64,000 nt of DNA from Nymphaea colorata (Eukaryota): the NCBI RefSeq assembly GCF_008831285.2, contig NC_045138.2:14818001-14882000 (forward strand), read 5' to 3'. Every line of letters begins with the position of its first letter. Positions within the stretch are counted from its first letter, which is position 1. Made by a program: the position numbers and the translations under genes. A model generated the notes under the pieces. It ran no database searches. It was not told the origin of the DNA and was given only the letters and a program-made list of their open reading frames with translations. Shown here one piece after another: positions 1-13,398 of this stretch.

Positions 1-267
1 TTCATATATCTGCTAAGCAAAGAGTTTACAAATACATAGTTTTTTACATACTAGAAGGGCTTGAATAGAAGGCTTTTTTTAGAGAATTCACAGGACGTTA
101 CTTAATGATTCTATGGCCTCATTCATTCTTAACAAAGCTTTTTTAATGACATATTAACTATGTGGTATGCAAAGTTGCAAACTATTTTCTTCCACTATAT
201 AATTTCTTCTGGTTGAGTACACTGTTCTGTATTTAGTTACTGCAGTTAACTTGTTCTGCCATTCTAG

Positions 268-3200
268 CACTGGGAATTTGCCAAAAGGAAAAAAAGGGTG
301 GCAAGAGAACTATGTGACAAGGAAAAGCTCGCTGACTCACTTCTTGCAATCGGGGAATCATATCAAAACCTCAGGAACTTTCCTAAAGCATGCAAGTGGT
401 ACACAAGAAGCTTGGATGCTTATAAGTCAATTAGAAACTTGAAAGTAAGTCTTGTTTCATGTTGCTTGCTTCTATTTGGTTATGCTGTAATTGCAATTTT
501 AGAACTGCAATCGAAAGGTTTGTTAGTTGTCTGTGTTCTTTGTTTGGAGATACCGAGACATATTGAGCTGTTTCTTTACTTTTTAATACTGGGAAGGCTA
601 CTTTAATGTATATTGCATTTTATAACTTCTACAGGGGCAATCATTGGCCAAAACTAACATTGGTGCTGCTTTGGATTCTGATGGTGACTGGTTGGGTGCA
701 CTAGATGCATTTGAAGAGGGTTACAGGCAATTATCAAGACAGCCTTTCTTATACTTCACTTTTATTCTGATTAATTCATGCTTCCAGTTCACAGTGTCTT
801 GATGCTGGCAGTTTCTTGTGTTTCAACTAAGTATACTATTTTTCCTTTTCATGCAGAATTGCAGTCAAGGGGAATTTACTTGATGAACAGATTTTAGCTC
901 TTGATAATATGCATTACAGTTATATGATCCGATTTGATGATGTTGAAAAAGCCAGGTTGGTGAATATAGAGTTGAGTATGTGGCACTGAACCTTATTCGC
1001 GATTGTATCTTATGTAGATTGTTGCTTGCAGAAAATTACAGGTTGACATAGATAGATTGAAGAGTCTACAGGAAGATGAAGTTCAACACCATAACCTGGG
1101 TACTGAATGCTGCTCTGAGACTGAGACAGCCTGTTGCTTGTCTGATACAGGATCAGATGAGGATGTTTCTTCCCAGCGGCATGTAAAACCTTTTTCTGCT
1201 TTGTCAGATCCACCTCATAATGACAAAGAGATTGGTGATGACCTCCCTTTGTCTATGTTTCTCAAACGTAACAAGCGGCCGTCTCAGAAAAGGACATCCC
1301 AGTTGGGTTTTTGCACCGAGAAGGCTCCACATTCTAGTTTCCGAGTGGAAAATATTTCTGTTGATGTAAGCCGTTCTACAGATGATCAACAATTGGGTTC
1401 CCGTAAAAGAGTTCGTGTTATCATTTCCGATGATGAAGATTCTGGGAATGATGAAAGTGGTTGTTCTAGAGAGGAAGCACATAACCCTCTAACTTCAAAT
1501 ATTGCTACTTCTCAAGGTCTCTTCACTGTTTACTAATTTTTACAGGCATTCCTCATTTCTGTATTGATCAATTTCTCATATTGCAGGTGTGAGAAGTTCT
1601 CCTCTTGGTGCTTCTCAAGATCATAAGGTTGATGAAGCTTGACAATTGCTGGTTGATTTCTTTCTTTTGAACTGATAAACTGAAAACAATTTTTTCTTGG
1701 ATCTTCAGGCATCGTCACATCCTGATGCCCAAAAAGATAACCATAGCATATGCGAGTCCATTCATCTAGAAGCTAGTTCCTCCTACAGATCTGATAATCA
1801 CAAATCAAACTCAGGAAATGAAATCAGATGCAAAGAAACAGGCGCTTGGGAGACCACAAGTAACACACGTTTTGTATCCAAAGGCTCCACCTCCAGAAAT
1901 ACACTTCTTGACCAAGGGGAGTTTGATCCTTTGACGTCCAATAGTGGAGATTCTGTAAGTGTACCAGTTTCAATAACAATGGTGCCTGCCAGTAGTCTGT
2001 TTTACTTTGACCTTCTTTTTTCAAATAACAAAGTTTGAGGATTCCTTATTTATTTGCCTTTCAAGTTGAACTGAGATCCAGATTTACCTTGTACTTCTTG
2101 TCAGTCTTCAGACACTTCATCTAATGTTAAGCAACTATCCAGCTTAGCATCTTGAAGCTTAGTTTCTGGTTTTCTTTTTTCATGCATAATGTTCCTTTTT
2201 TAAATTGTAATGCAGCTTGTAGTTCCTTGTAAAATTGATGAAACAATGGTCCACTTGGATTTATCTTCATGCACTAATGGCGATAAAGTGAATGTTGATA
2301 GTATGAAGGTGGAATTAGCATGTCTTTATTATCTAAGGCTTCCTAAAGACAAGTGCTCTCGTGGTAAGTAGTCCACCTTCCATTTTTTTTTTTTTTTGCC
2401 TTTTTGTTTGTCATCTATGTTTTAGCAGAAGAAATTATGGAGGCTTACTTCATGTCATTTTTACTCTTTTCGGGCCTCCTGTCTTTCTTGTTGTGCTTCA
2501 TTCAGGGATGTTGCCAATTATTCAGCTACTGAAATGGAATGAGAAAACTCTGGATTTGCTCGAGCCAGTTAAACAATTTGAGGATTATGGTAATGGAAAA
2601 GGCTGCATTGAAGCAGTTATTAGTGGTATGCATGCTTCTTAAGGCTCATGCTACTGATTGGATACATGCCTCTTTATTATTCTTACGTTCTATGAGGATC
2701 TTAAAAGTCTTGTCAGTCTCAAGCATGAATTGAACCAAATCGTAGGCCTGAAGTACTTTTTTTATACATGTTAATGGACACTAAGTTGTATTTTCTATAG
2801 GTTGGATTCACAAGCGTTTGATGAAGTTATATGTTGACTATTGTTCTAAAACCTCTGAATCTCCGAACATGAAGTTGCTTAGGAAGCTCTACAATTTGGA
2901 GGTGCGCTGTGGTCCTATTTGCTCTTACTTTCTTCTATCTTTGTGTATTATCTGATAAATCTTTCTTATGATTTAGGTTCTTTCCCCATTGCTAATCAAT
3001 GTTCTTTTGAATTTTTCCTAAAAGGTTTCCGAGGATGAAGTTATAGTATCAGATTGTGAACTGGATGACATGAGTATTTTACCTTTCTTGGACGCACTCT
3101 ATGACTATCCAGTTGCTATCATGGATTTGTCACATAACGTGTTGGGTATGAAATTTCTTATACTTGCCTTTACATATTAAAAAATTTCCTGCCCCACCAT

Positions 3201-6200
3201 ATCTTTGTCAAATGTAGTATGAATGACTAACCGGTCTCATGTGTTGGCTTGAACTTTTCAGTTTTCTGTTCCCCCTTAGTATAGCTAGACTTTTTGTGCA
3301 TCTAATTCCAAGTTGGGTTAGAATTTGATCGAAAAGATTTTCAATACATTAGTTCAATTGAATTAAATATGATGTTCACTTTTCACATTGCCACTGTGTG
3401 CCATTTTCCGGTTTCTGGCTTATGACTATAATTGGCTGTCATGTTTTCGTGTACTGGATTCAGGAAATGAGACAATGAAGAAGTTGCATCAAATATTTGT
3501 CTCTACTACCCATATTTATGGCAGCTTGACACTAGATTTGCATCAGAATCGCTTTGGAGCAACGGCATTATTCCAGGTGCTCTCTCAAAAGTATTCCCCT
3601 CCTCCTTTGGAGGACTTGCAATTCCTTCCATGCTAACTTCGTGAAATTTACAAGAAGGATTTAAAATATCAACCCATTAACTGGGAAAATAGTCTATTTC
3701 TGTGTATAGCACTTTTGTACATGCATGTTCTTTTGTGGCTATAAGATTTTAGATCTTTAGTAGATTTTAGGTTTCAACTTGTGCAAATAATAACTGTACA
3801 TCATTTTAAGGCATTGCCTGGAAAATTTGGGCCCTACAGTACACACGAACAAAGGCAGCATATAGACATACTTGAATTATCTGGTTTGTAATTTCAGAAA
3901 TTTCTAATATATGGAACAAGTTGAATGCAAAAACCACAAATTTAGATTGGCCTCAGTTCCTTTAAAAATTTAACAGTGAGCACTCCCTTTTTTTTTTTTC
4001 CCCAGGTCTGTGAATGTCCTGTGCTATTTAGTCGATTGGAAGTTCTGAATCTATCTGAAAATCGCCTTACAGATGCTTGTGCATCATACCTTTCAGTCAT
4101 ATTGAAAAACTGCAAAGGTTTGTTGCTTTAAATTTAAGCATTACAAAATGCTTCCTTTTTATACTGTGTTTACCAATACCGGTAGCTTGTTGTAAGCAGT
4201 TGTTTCTACTGTTCGACATTTGTTAGCCGAAATGTTACATTAGGTCTTCGTTCTTGTTGGAGTTTGTTGTCATGGTTTTTTCCTGATGATGTTACTCTGT
4301 TTTAGCTCTATATAGCTTAAACCTAGAGAAATGCTCAATCACATCAAGAACAGTGCAAACAATTGCGGATTCAATACAGTCTGAATCTAGTCTTTCACAT
4401 CTTGCTTTAGGTATTCTATTTTCTGGATCATTTACAGAGTTTTCAGTTTTAGGGTCTCTCAAGTTCCTCTTCATTGACTTCTGGCTTGATTTTCTTATGC
4501 AGGGAAAAATAATCCTATTTCTGTGAGTGTCATCATGCATTTATTGGATAGACTTTCTTGTATAAGGAGGTCTGTTGCAGGCAATTGTTACTCCATTTTG
4601 TTTTCTTATATTTTTGAACCTTGATATGCGGACGAGGAAACTGCTGATCTCCTTTTGTATATGCACATTATACACCTGTAGATTTTCGGAGCTCAGTTTA
4701 ACTGGTGTAAGGTTGGGCCAGGCTGTAATTGATAGTCTGTGCAAGTTTGCCGGAAAAGTACCAAGTCTAGCAGCGCTGGCTCTTGGGAACACTTGTATAG
4801 GCTCTGTGAGTGTTCCTTCTGACTTCTCAGAGTTATCAACTGTAAGGGTGGATGAAATTCCCCATTTTCTTAATAATGGCAACATTACATGACAGGATGG
4901 TGCTGTTATATTAACTGAAGCCTTGTCAAATGTATCTCAAGAATTTGTGAAGCTTGATATATCAAATTGTGGAGTAAGATCTTGTGACATGATTGGCATA
5001 TTCAGGAGCATAGCCTCAACCGGTATCCTTGAACTGAATATAAGTGGAAATTCAATCGAACAAAAGGTTTGTTTGATTCGGCTTACTTAATTACTGATAG
5101 TTAGGCATATCGTTTATCATGTTTGATTGATATTTTCTGGTGCATCTCTCTAGTCAGACTCCTATGTCTTTCCAGATGCATGATCTACGTGGGATGTTCC
5201 TTTTCTTAATTTCATCTTCAAGTGTAACTTATGAGTAGTGTTCTTAAGATTGTTGTCAGGTATTCTTATTCTTGAATTTGTACGGAACATTTTATGGTCT
5301 CTCCTTCACCAGCGTAGGCGTGCATAGCCCTTCCCAACGGGAGGAAAAAGGGAAAACGAGAATAATTTTACACCATAATAACCCTGTTCATTTTAGCATT
5401 TATTTTTCCATTATCTCTCTCTCTCGCGCGCGCGTGTGCGCGTAAGTAGTTCAAGTTTTCATCGCCCACTTTTTTCATGGGCTGGAACTGGAAAAGGCAC
5501 TTTTTCGTTTTCTGGAATCCAATGCAGCTGCCAACATGGATTAGGAATGAGGAGAGGTTTCCACAAGATGCTGCTATCTTGGCCGTTTTCCTCCCCTTAC
5601 AAGAATCTGTTTGTTCTACCAAATGTTAAAGGGGGCGGGCTTCCCTGCCAGTCCAGCCTTATTGCATTTATCATCGCTTTTCTGTAATACCCTTGAAAAG
5701 CCAGGCCATCATTTTGGATGATAAAGCACATAAAACAAAATGGAAAAGGATGAGCAGATGTTTTAATAAGTAATCGATATGGGCAAGTGAAAGCATTTGT
5801 GTGTTGAGACTGCATGTTTAGCTATGATTTACAGATTATATTTCATTCTATGTGCTATTAGTGCAGTATCTTGGTTACAGTTGCTGGTGCGGTATATCCT
5901 AAGAATGCTTCAGGTTCCTTTGGCATGTAACGGCGGACATGATTTCAGTTTTAATTAAAGAATGGCGGTGTCACATATGCAGGGCGTGGATGGATTAGCG
6001 TCTCTTCTCACAAGTTCTCGTTGCTTTCTGAGAGTCCTCAAACTCGACGGCTGTCATCTTGGTCTCTCTGGAATTCTTTGCATAGTTGAGGCCTTGTCAG
6101 GTCCGTCTGCAACCGTCATTACGTAGGCTTGTAGAACGTATAAAAGGATAACATCAGAGAAAAGCAGCATCTAACGGCTTCATGTCTTGCAGGAAACAAC

Positions 6201-6770
6201 TCATTGGAAGAGCTCAGTCTTTCAGAAAACGTTGATTCCAACACGGACATTGTAAGCTGTCCAACTAGAACTGCAAGTCTGAAGGGTTCGCAGGGGCTTG
6301 ATCTTGCTGTTGCTTCTGAACAGACAGCCATGGAGGTGGAAACGGTTGAGCCGGTGTTGGATGTGCATGAAGCAGATGTGAACGGGCTTGTAGCTGCAGA
6401 CAGCGAGGAGGGTTCAGATAGAGAGGGTCCGAATGATGACACTTGTGCTAGTTCAAGCCAATCACCTGAAGCGAACTTGGCGTCATCCAAGACACCAGAA
6501 ATGACTTCAGAACATGAACCACCATATTTGGCACACCTTTCAAGAGCCATTATCAATGCAAAGCAGCTTCAATGCCTGGACCTCAGTGGCAACGGTTTCA
6601 CCTCGGAGGTTGTTGAGAAACTTTACTCCTCGTGGTCATCATCTACAAGGATCAGGTGCTCAACAGCGAGGCACACAGAGAATGAGATTGTTCATTTCTC
6701 AGTGCAGGGAAAGCAATGCTGTGGAGTAAGGTCGTGCTGTAAAAAGGACTGGTGTGGGAGTGGGATTTAA
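268..6770 (+). CDS. TSK: TONSOKU/BRUSHY1/MGOUN3 (TPR/LGN + LRR genome-maintenance protein), 5'-truncated by the window edge
   Basis: Exons joined in frame by hand: 268-444, 635-726, 857-955, 1032-1516, 1587-1627, 1709-1954, 2216-2363, 2506-2625, 2801-2901, 3025-3145, 3464-3576, 4006-4117, 4306-4410, 4503-4569, 4682-4805, 4896-5066, 5983-6100, then the terminal exon 6193-6770. The translation has TONSOKU-type motifs [94 protein letters not shown], LRRs (LDLSGNGF) and C-terminal [11 protein letters not shown]. Confidence 0.93.
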
Positions 6771-9700
6771 ACTGATGGAACCAAATTAGAACAAGGTACA
6801 ATTTTTTTTTTCCTCATCTAACGCGTTGATCTTCCGCAGAGGAACTTTTGGTGCTCTCATACGCTACGCTTCTGCGAAGTGTGAACTACTTCAATTTGTC
6901 AAGCTTGTACAGAATAAATGATGGTTGTCGCTAAATGGCACTTGTTTGGAGGAATGCGTAGGACGGGCACACGGTTCTTTGACCTTCCAGGCGTTCTACC
7001 ATAGAAAAGGTGTTCCACTTTTCCTGCTTATTAATTTTAGTGGCCCTCACTATGTTCTGGCGTCTGTTGTATACGTGCGTATTGAGACACTCTACTCATG
7101 TTCTATTATCATGATATAACGCTAAGCAACCTCTGTGGGACGCTTGTTATTTTTTTGGTCACAAAGGAATCCACCAGGATCAGGCTCTTTTGTTCTCACC
7201 TATCTCCTTCAAGTGCTAACCTTCTGGTTGACTAATGCGGAAACTTGAGTCAATTGTGTTGGTGGAATGATGAGTTGCATTTCACGTTATTTGCTCAATA
7301 GTCGTTACCAAATGTGCACCGCGTTGAGTGGAGGAGACGCGACCAGAAAATCTGTAAAGAGAAGAAAAACGATGTTTCTTTGTACGGTTGCACTGTGCTA
7401 AATTGAACGTCTTAGTTTTCTAAGGCGTCAGAGGGCATTCCTTTAGCTTTGCTTTGCATGGGAAAAGGGATCTGATTCCCTTCCGTGCCTGGGAACATCA
7501 ACTTTTCTCATAATCATCATATTGCTCCCAACAGTTCATTTTGGAACTAATGAGACGCATAGGCAATTTCTGGTGTTTCTGCAATATCATCGCTTGTGAA
7601 ATGTTCTGCAGAGTGGTCTCTGCCGGATGTTGTTTGCTGAAACGGTTCTTACCTTAGGTCGTGTCTCTAGGTTAACAGACTTCAAATTACAATTACAACA
7701 GATTCGGTCAAGAACTGGAAATGGCAATCCTCTAAAGTTAGTTTGCAAACAGTGAGCTTACTTTGGAACTCTGTTATCGAAACAGAGTTTTCCTAGTTGT
7801 TCTTCATAAAGCTAGTTTCATGGAAGTGATCCTCCTGCCAAAGCGTCCAAGATTGGCATAAAGGTATTATTGTTATTTTTATGTTGTGGCGAACGCTTTT
7901 ATAAGCTGAAAGCTTAACACTTTATAAATTTCTTTTACACTATCGCACGATATGCTCTTGTTGCACAATTTACGGGGTCTTTGACTGTGGAGGTGAAACT
8001 ATTCTTCAAGGACACGGTTCCTCACTGGTTCGGCTGCCACCGCGTCACACCTTGTGCAAGCTGAAGGCCCCTGGGCGCAGGTACTGCGCCCTGGAGTTTT
8101 ATGCTACTAGGCAAGCAACAAAGTCTCCTGACCTGGGTGCTGTTTCTCCAAGTCGAGAATACTAAACCATTCCAGTTCTTGGAAATTCTTGGAAGAAGCA
8201 ATATAACTTAGAAAGGCAGACTCAGATCGTGATTAACCGTTGGCAAATATTAATTCAATCTTGGACTGTGTAGCTGATTACCCATCGAAGGAATGGTGGG
8301 TGATTGAGGAAGAAGCGGCTGTAACTTCAATGGTGAGAAATTAAATTACACCAATTCATGGGGCGGTCCTTGAATGATGCAAACAGACACATCTTACTTT
8401 AATTAATTAAAGGCATATAATGTTTGGCTGAACGTCATATTGTCCCCTAATGCAAGCAATTCCTTTTCAGCACATTCACTTGCGCATCAAGCAACCAATT
8501 TTAGAAGAATATAAGTGAAAATCCAAGGACTTGGATTTGTTCATGGGCGCAAGACTTTGAAGTTTGAACAAGGAACTGTTCATCACTTGGATCATACGGA
8601 AAGTGTTGCATGTGACGTGCCAACTTATACTAACTTGTTGCAGTTATTGGGTCCTTTCTGTGGGCGATTAATTATTTAGCAGAGTACTGTTTCATGACAA
8701 TGATCCTTTTGGCCTTTTCTTCGACAGTTGGTCTGAATGCAGACTCGGAAATAGTTCACCTTAGAAATAGCTCACATACGTATTTCTCTCTTGAAGACAA
8801 ACAAAAGAAAACAAAGCATTTTTAGATGAGGAAAATCTAAAAAACCCAAACAACACTCCGTTTTCAATATGGTTCGATTAGAATATGAAATCCTTTTAAG
8901 TGTGCAAAAAGCATGGGAAGGCAAATAGAGAACAAACTGTGGCTGCCCAAGTATTGGCACGCCCGGAAATATAAACAAGGAAGGCTAATGAGTAAAGTCG
9001 TCAATGGATCATGATATTTTCAGTGAAAAATTTGATTAGAAGCTGATGCAATGATGTTTGAGACAGAAATTCTGTGTTGATAAAGATCATGATTTTGTGA
9101 TTTATAGAAGGTGTGATTGTCACACGAGCTCATAGAATTTCTTGATGACAAAGTAAACATAAGATATTTTCACTAATATTTGTGAGTCATTCAATGAACA
9201 TGATGGATGATTTATAAAGTGTCACAAGCAAAATTACAGCTTCTGAAGCTAAATTACTAATTCTCGCCCACAATTTCATCAAGTAACTTAGTTATACACT
9301 TACTACCATATTAACCATAATCAAGTTGATCAAGCTGCTCATAATTAGTTCACATAGTCGTGATACCTAATCCACATATTCCAAATACTTATCACATGGT
9401 TAAGTTTTAAAGCCCATTTTTTATTTAAAGTTTTGAGTTATGCAATAGATTTTGAATGTAATAACTATAGCACTAATACTTTCGAAATCCAAAAACATTT
9501 TTGAATTAACTTTTAACTTTTTTCTCATTTCTTTTTGATCGAAAAGACGAGATTAGGCAGACCCGAATCTTATATGCCAACGTAGACTTATATCAGTAAA
9601 TTAAGGTCTTGGGGCCAAAACACCCATTTCAAAATCTTAAGCCCAAACACTTAACCAGGTGCATAGTGCTCTTGTTGGCTTTTCTTGGAATCATTTAAAT

Positions 9701-10960
9701 GCGTTCTTCTTTTAGTAGGTTTGGACTTTCTTTTGAGAAAAATTCATTGGATATGTCACTTGTTCTTCAACATGGGTTTAATAAATGTACTGGTACAAAG
9801 GATGGGCTACATTGGGCTTTGATTAGGTGAGGAATGAATGCACCAACTGACTAGACCAGTCCTGCACCTCAATTATCTCAACAGTTTGGTGCCTAGACCC
9901 AACTTAAAGCCAAGAAAAGTGGGGCCTAAGCATAGGTCTGGTCAAGTCAATATGTTTTGTGAGGTTGGTTTGGTCCTTTTATGAATTTCATCTTAGGCAC
10001 ATCAACCAGTTTTCGCTATAACTGCCACATTAAATGATCTAAAAATCATAAAATTGGCTGAATCAAAGCGGCCACATGCTGTGACAGCTTTATTTATTGT
10101 CAACTGAAACAAAGTTTCCGCAATTCATTTGACATAAAGTAAGGTGTAAAGGAACACACCTTTGGTTGATTGAAATCAAATGCTCATTTAAGTGGCAAAG
10201 TAGAGGTAGCGATTGGGTTTTGGCTACTGAATTTATTAGGTGATTAGAGACTAAAATGAATGCAATTCGAGTCCAAGGCTCTCCCTTCTTCTCTTTATCT
10301 CTAGCATCTACGACTATGTCGGCTTGCACAGGGAGTTGACACCCAGAGAATGAAACTGTAAGAGAAATTACGGCTCTGTATTGCATCAAATCCTCAAGAA
10401 GACATCCCTTATAGTATGGTCAAAAGTCACTTGCATAAGCGTACTAGTGCCTTAGCTTTCGATGCAAGGGAAAGCAAAATGTGAAGATGCTAATTCTACC
10501 CAACTCTATGGTTAAATGAGACTTTCATGCTTTGATTGATGCTTTTTGATTTATTTATCATCCGATATCAGATTTCTTAAGGTATCATTGTCAAAGAGTT
10601 CACATTGACGTGAAGTTAAGTGGGGCTTAGATTCTATGGTGCTGGCTCGTACGTGGTCAATTTAGTGGAGCTAAGACTTGTAGGCGCTAGTATGAGGTCA
10701 AGATCGAGTAGGCCAGGCTTAGACAAAAGCATATTCATTGATTGAACAAGAATATATGATGTTTAACTGATTATGAGCTCTTTAATAAACTCGACTAATA
10801 GTTCATAATTCATCATATTTCCTTAGTTTAGATGTTTCATGAACTGTTCATAGCCATCCACGACCATCTAGTTAGTTCAGTCAAATTGCAGTCATTGTTG
10901 TAAAAACTAACTTTCAGGTGACCAAAAGGTGCTTAAACCAGAGCCAAAGCCTCCACCTCT

Positions 10961-11052
10961 TACCTCTAGGGTTTAGGTCTGCATCAAAACCTGAGTGGAG
11001 TCAAAGTACCTCTAGAGTTTAGAGCTGCATCGAAACTTGAGTGGAGTCAAAG
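10961..11052. repeat. 46-bp tandem duplication (2 copies)
   Basis: TACCTCTAGGGTTTAGGTCTGCATCAAAACCTGAGTGGAGTCAAAG at 10961 recurs with few substitutions at 11007. Confidence 0.85.
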
Positions 11053-11095
11053 AGTTAGTGCCGTGCTTTACCCTATATAGTATATGCCCTATGAG

Positions 11096-11273
11096 CAGTG
11101 GCGTAGCCACATGGTGGCTGGTGTGGGCAACTGCCACACCAACCTCACAAAATTTGTTTAATATATATGTTAATGTTTTGATATGTTTGATTGTTATACA
11201 TGTAAGTGCCCCAAAGAAATTAAAGATATTGAATGAATATCCCCACCAAAAAAAATTTCTGGTTCTGCTAATG
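11096..11273. mobile_element. hAT-type MITE
   Basis: Begins CAGTGGCGTAGCC and ends GGTTCTGCTAATG (degenerate TIR). Flanked by 8-bp direct repeats CCTATGAG (11088-11095) and CCTGTGAG (11274-11281). AT-rich interior. Confidence 0.75.
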
Positions 11274-13398
11274 CCTGTGAGTATAGTCTTTTAGTCCGAC
11301 CAACTATACTATGTACTATGTTAGAAGAATAATGAATTCACAAATCTAGATTTTATACGATGGAAAAGAATGTTAAATCAAATGCAATTATTGGTTTTAT
11401 AATGCCGTTAGATTTTTTGAGTTCATAAAAAAATGAGTCATAAAATTCATTTGGTGCATTGAATTTGGATGGTTCTTTTTTCAAATGTAAATAAATTCGC
11501 GGCTTCTTGAGCTCATCGATGAAGTCACATTTAGAAAATAATGTTCAACCAGCCAGTAGGCGCCAAAAGAACAAAACAGCGAGATGTAATTCGTTTTCTC
11601 TCTTGCTCCATTATGAGCATCCCATATCCTGGACCTCCTAATCGTCCCTTTTCTCGATTCAAAATTTCCTTTCCAATCGTACAGACTGAAGATTGTTATG
11701 GCTATTAATTTTCGAAAATGCTTACCAATCCCACATGATCCCAATTCGAATGAGATCAAACACGGAAGAGATGCATATGAATATTAAGATCTTATGGTCA
11801 TCTAGTTCCCATGCCGCAGTGCAACGCCTGGTTAATCGGTGGAACTAGAGATCCGTGACCTTCAGATTGGAAAGGACGATCTCGAATCCCCATTTTCCGT
11901 GGGGGAGAGGGATCCGAGATGGCGCATCAGATGAGATGTTTGTTATTGCTTTTACCAGCGGACTACCGTCCGACCTTGCGGTCAAGGAGCATGTTTGTGC
12001 AATCCGGGGGTTAGGCGTGCCGTGTCGTCCAAATCAAAGCGGTTGACCTGCACGGACTCAAGAGCCCGATCCGGATCCATCTTCCTGCCGGATCTTCCGT
12101 CCTCCTCCGGCGAATGAAGCAGGAGATCGCTCTCCCGGGAGCTCATGGAACGAATTCAAGAGGATGAAGGAGAAATAAGGAGTGCTGGATCCAGGAAGGA
12201 CTTGTTCTGCTCGATGTCAGGAGACGCGGTTTCCTTCATCCCTTCGGTTTTCTTTGGATCCTGAGGCAAGAAAAGCAAACGCACTCGCTCAAGCAGACGT
12301 TACACTAATTATTTATTGTGGTTTTCGTGTGCCTATTTTTTAATGCTTTCGATCAGGGGAGGAGCGAAAGAAAGGAGAGATGTGGAGCCGATCGAGAGAT
12401 AAAAGAATTCAAAAGTATTATCTCTGCGTGTCCTTTCCGGGTGAATATTCTGGAAGGCTTTGGTAAGAAGATAGTTATTTTATTTCTTCCTTTGACTTCT
12501 TTTCAGCAGGAAAACAGGGAATTCTTTCGGCAATTGCGGCGTCCCCATTTTTGTTCGCATTAATTGCAGAATTTCCTTGAGGCTTCGTCTCCCGGGCGGG
12601 ACAGCAGAGGCGCGAGAAAATCTACCCGAAGCAAGGGTGATTTTGACCGATTTCGTCTTGCTTTTAATGAATTTCTGGTAAAAATAAATGACGTTAAATT
12701 TCGCAGTAGGTGAAGAATTTGATCCGAATGATGACGTTCCCCTCTCCCTTTTTTTATTGTTTTAGAAACTTCATTTCCAAGAGATCAGCAGAAATATACA
12801 ACTTTTTTTTCTCCTCCGATCGGTTGTTTTTTTTTCTGACTATAATTTGAGGACTTGTTCGAGATTTTAAGCTAACCAGTAAATTTCTGGTTTTATCATT
12901 GCATATTCCAATGGTTTCTCTTTTTGTTTTCGTCTCGGATCACACTCTACCTTCTTCATCTCTGAAAAGATCAATCCTGACCTCAATAGCACAGTTTTTA
13001 CAAGAATCTTTGCCGTTCTTATAAGCTCAAATCAGTAAATTTCCAGAAATTCGCCGCTTCGAACATATCAAGAAAATGCAATCTGAATCCCCTCAAGTTC
13101 CTCGAGTTACCGGCAAAATTAAACTAGAAACAGTCACGCCGATCCACCGCATAATCATGATGTTAGCTTAAAATATTTCCAAACTCCCTGACTCAAATCT
13201 AGATTGCGCAGATCACGAACAGAATTGCAAACTACCGGCAAACAAAATTTGTTGCAAGAAAGAAATGGCGAGAATTCCCCATTTTTCCATTTCTAGATCC
13301 TAGGATTTACAATTTTTCTCATACACAAAATCAGAGAAAATGAAGAGAGAAAAGGGGGAAAAGAGAGGAGGAAGAGACGGGGATTCTCAGGTGTTTTC

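Noticed and set aside
1018..1031. Alternative TONSOKU acceptor at 1017 (TATGTAG|)
   Set aside because: It leads to an in-frame TAG within ~11 codons, whereas the acceptor at 1031 preserves the frame.
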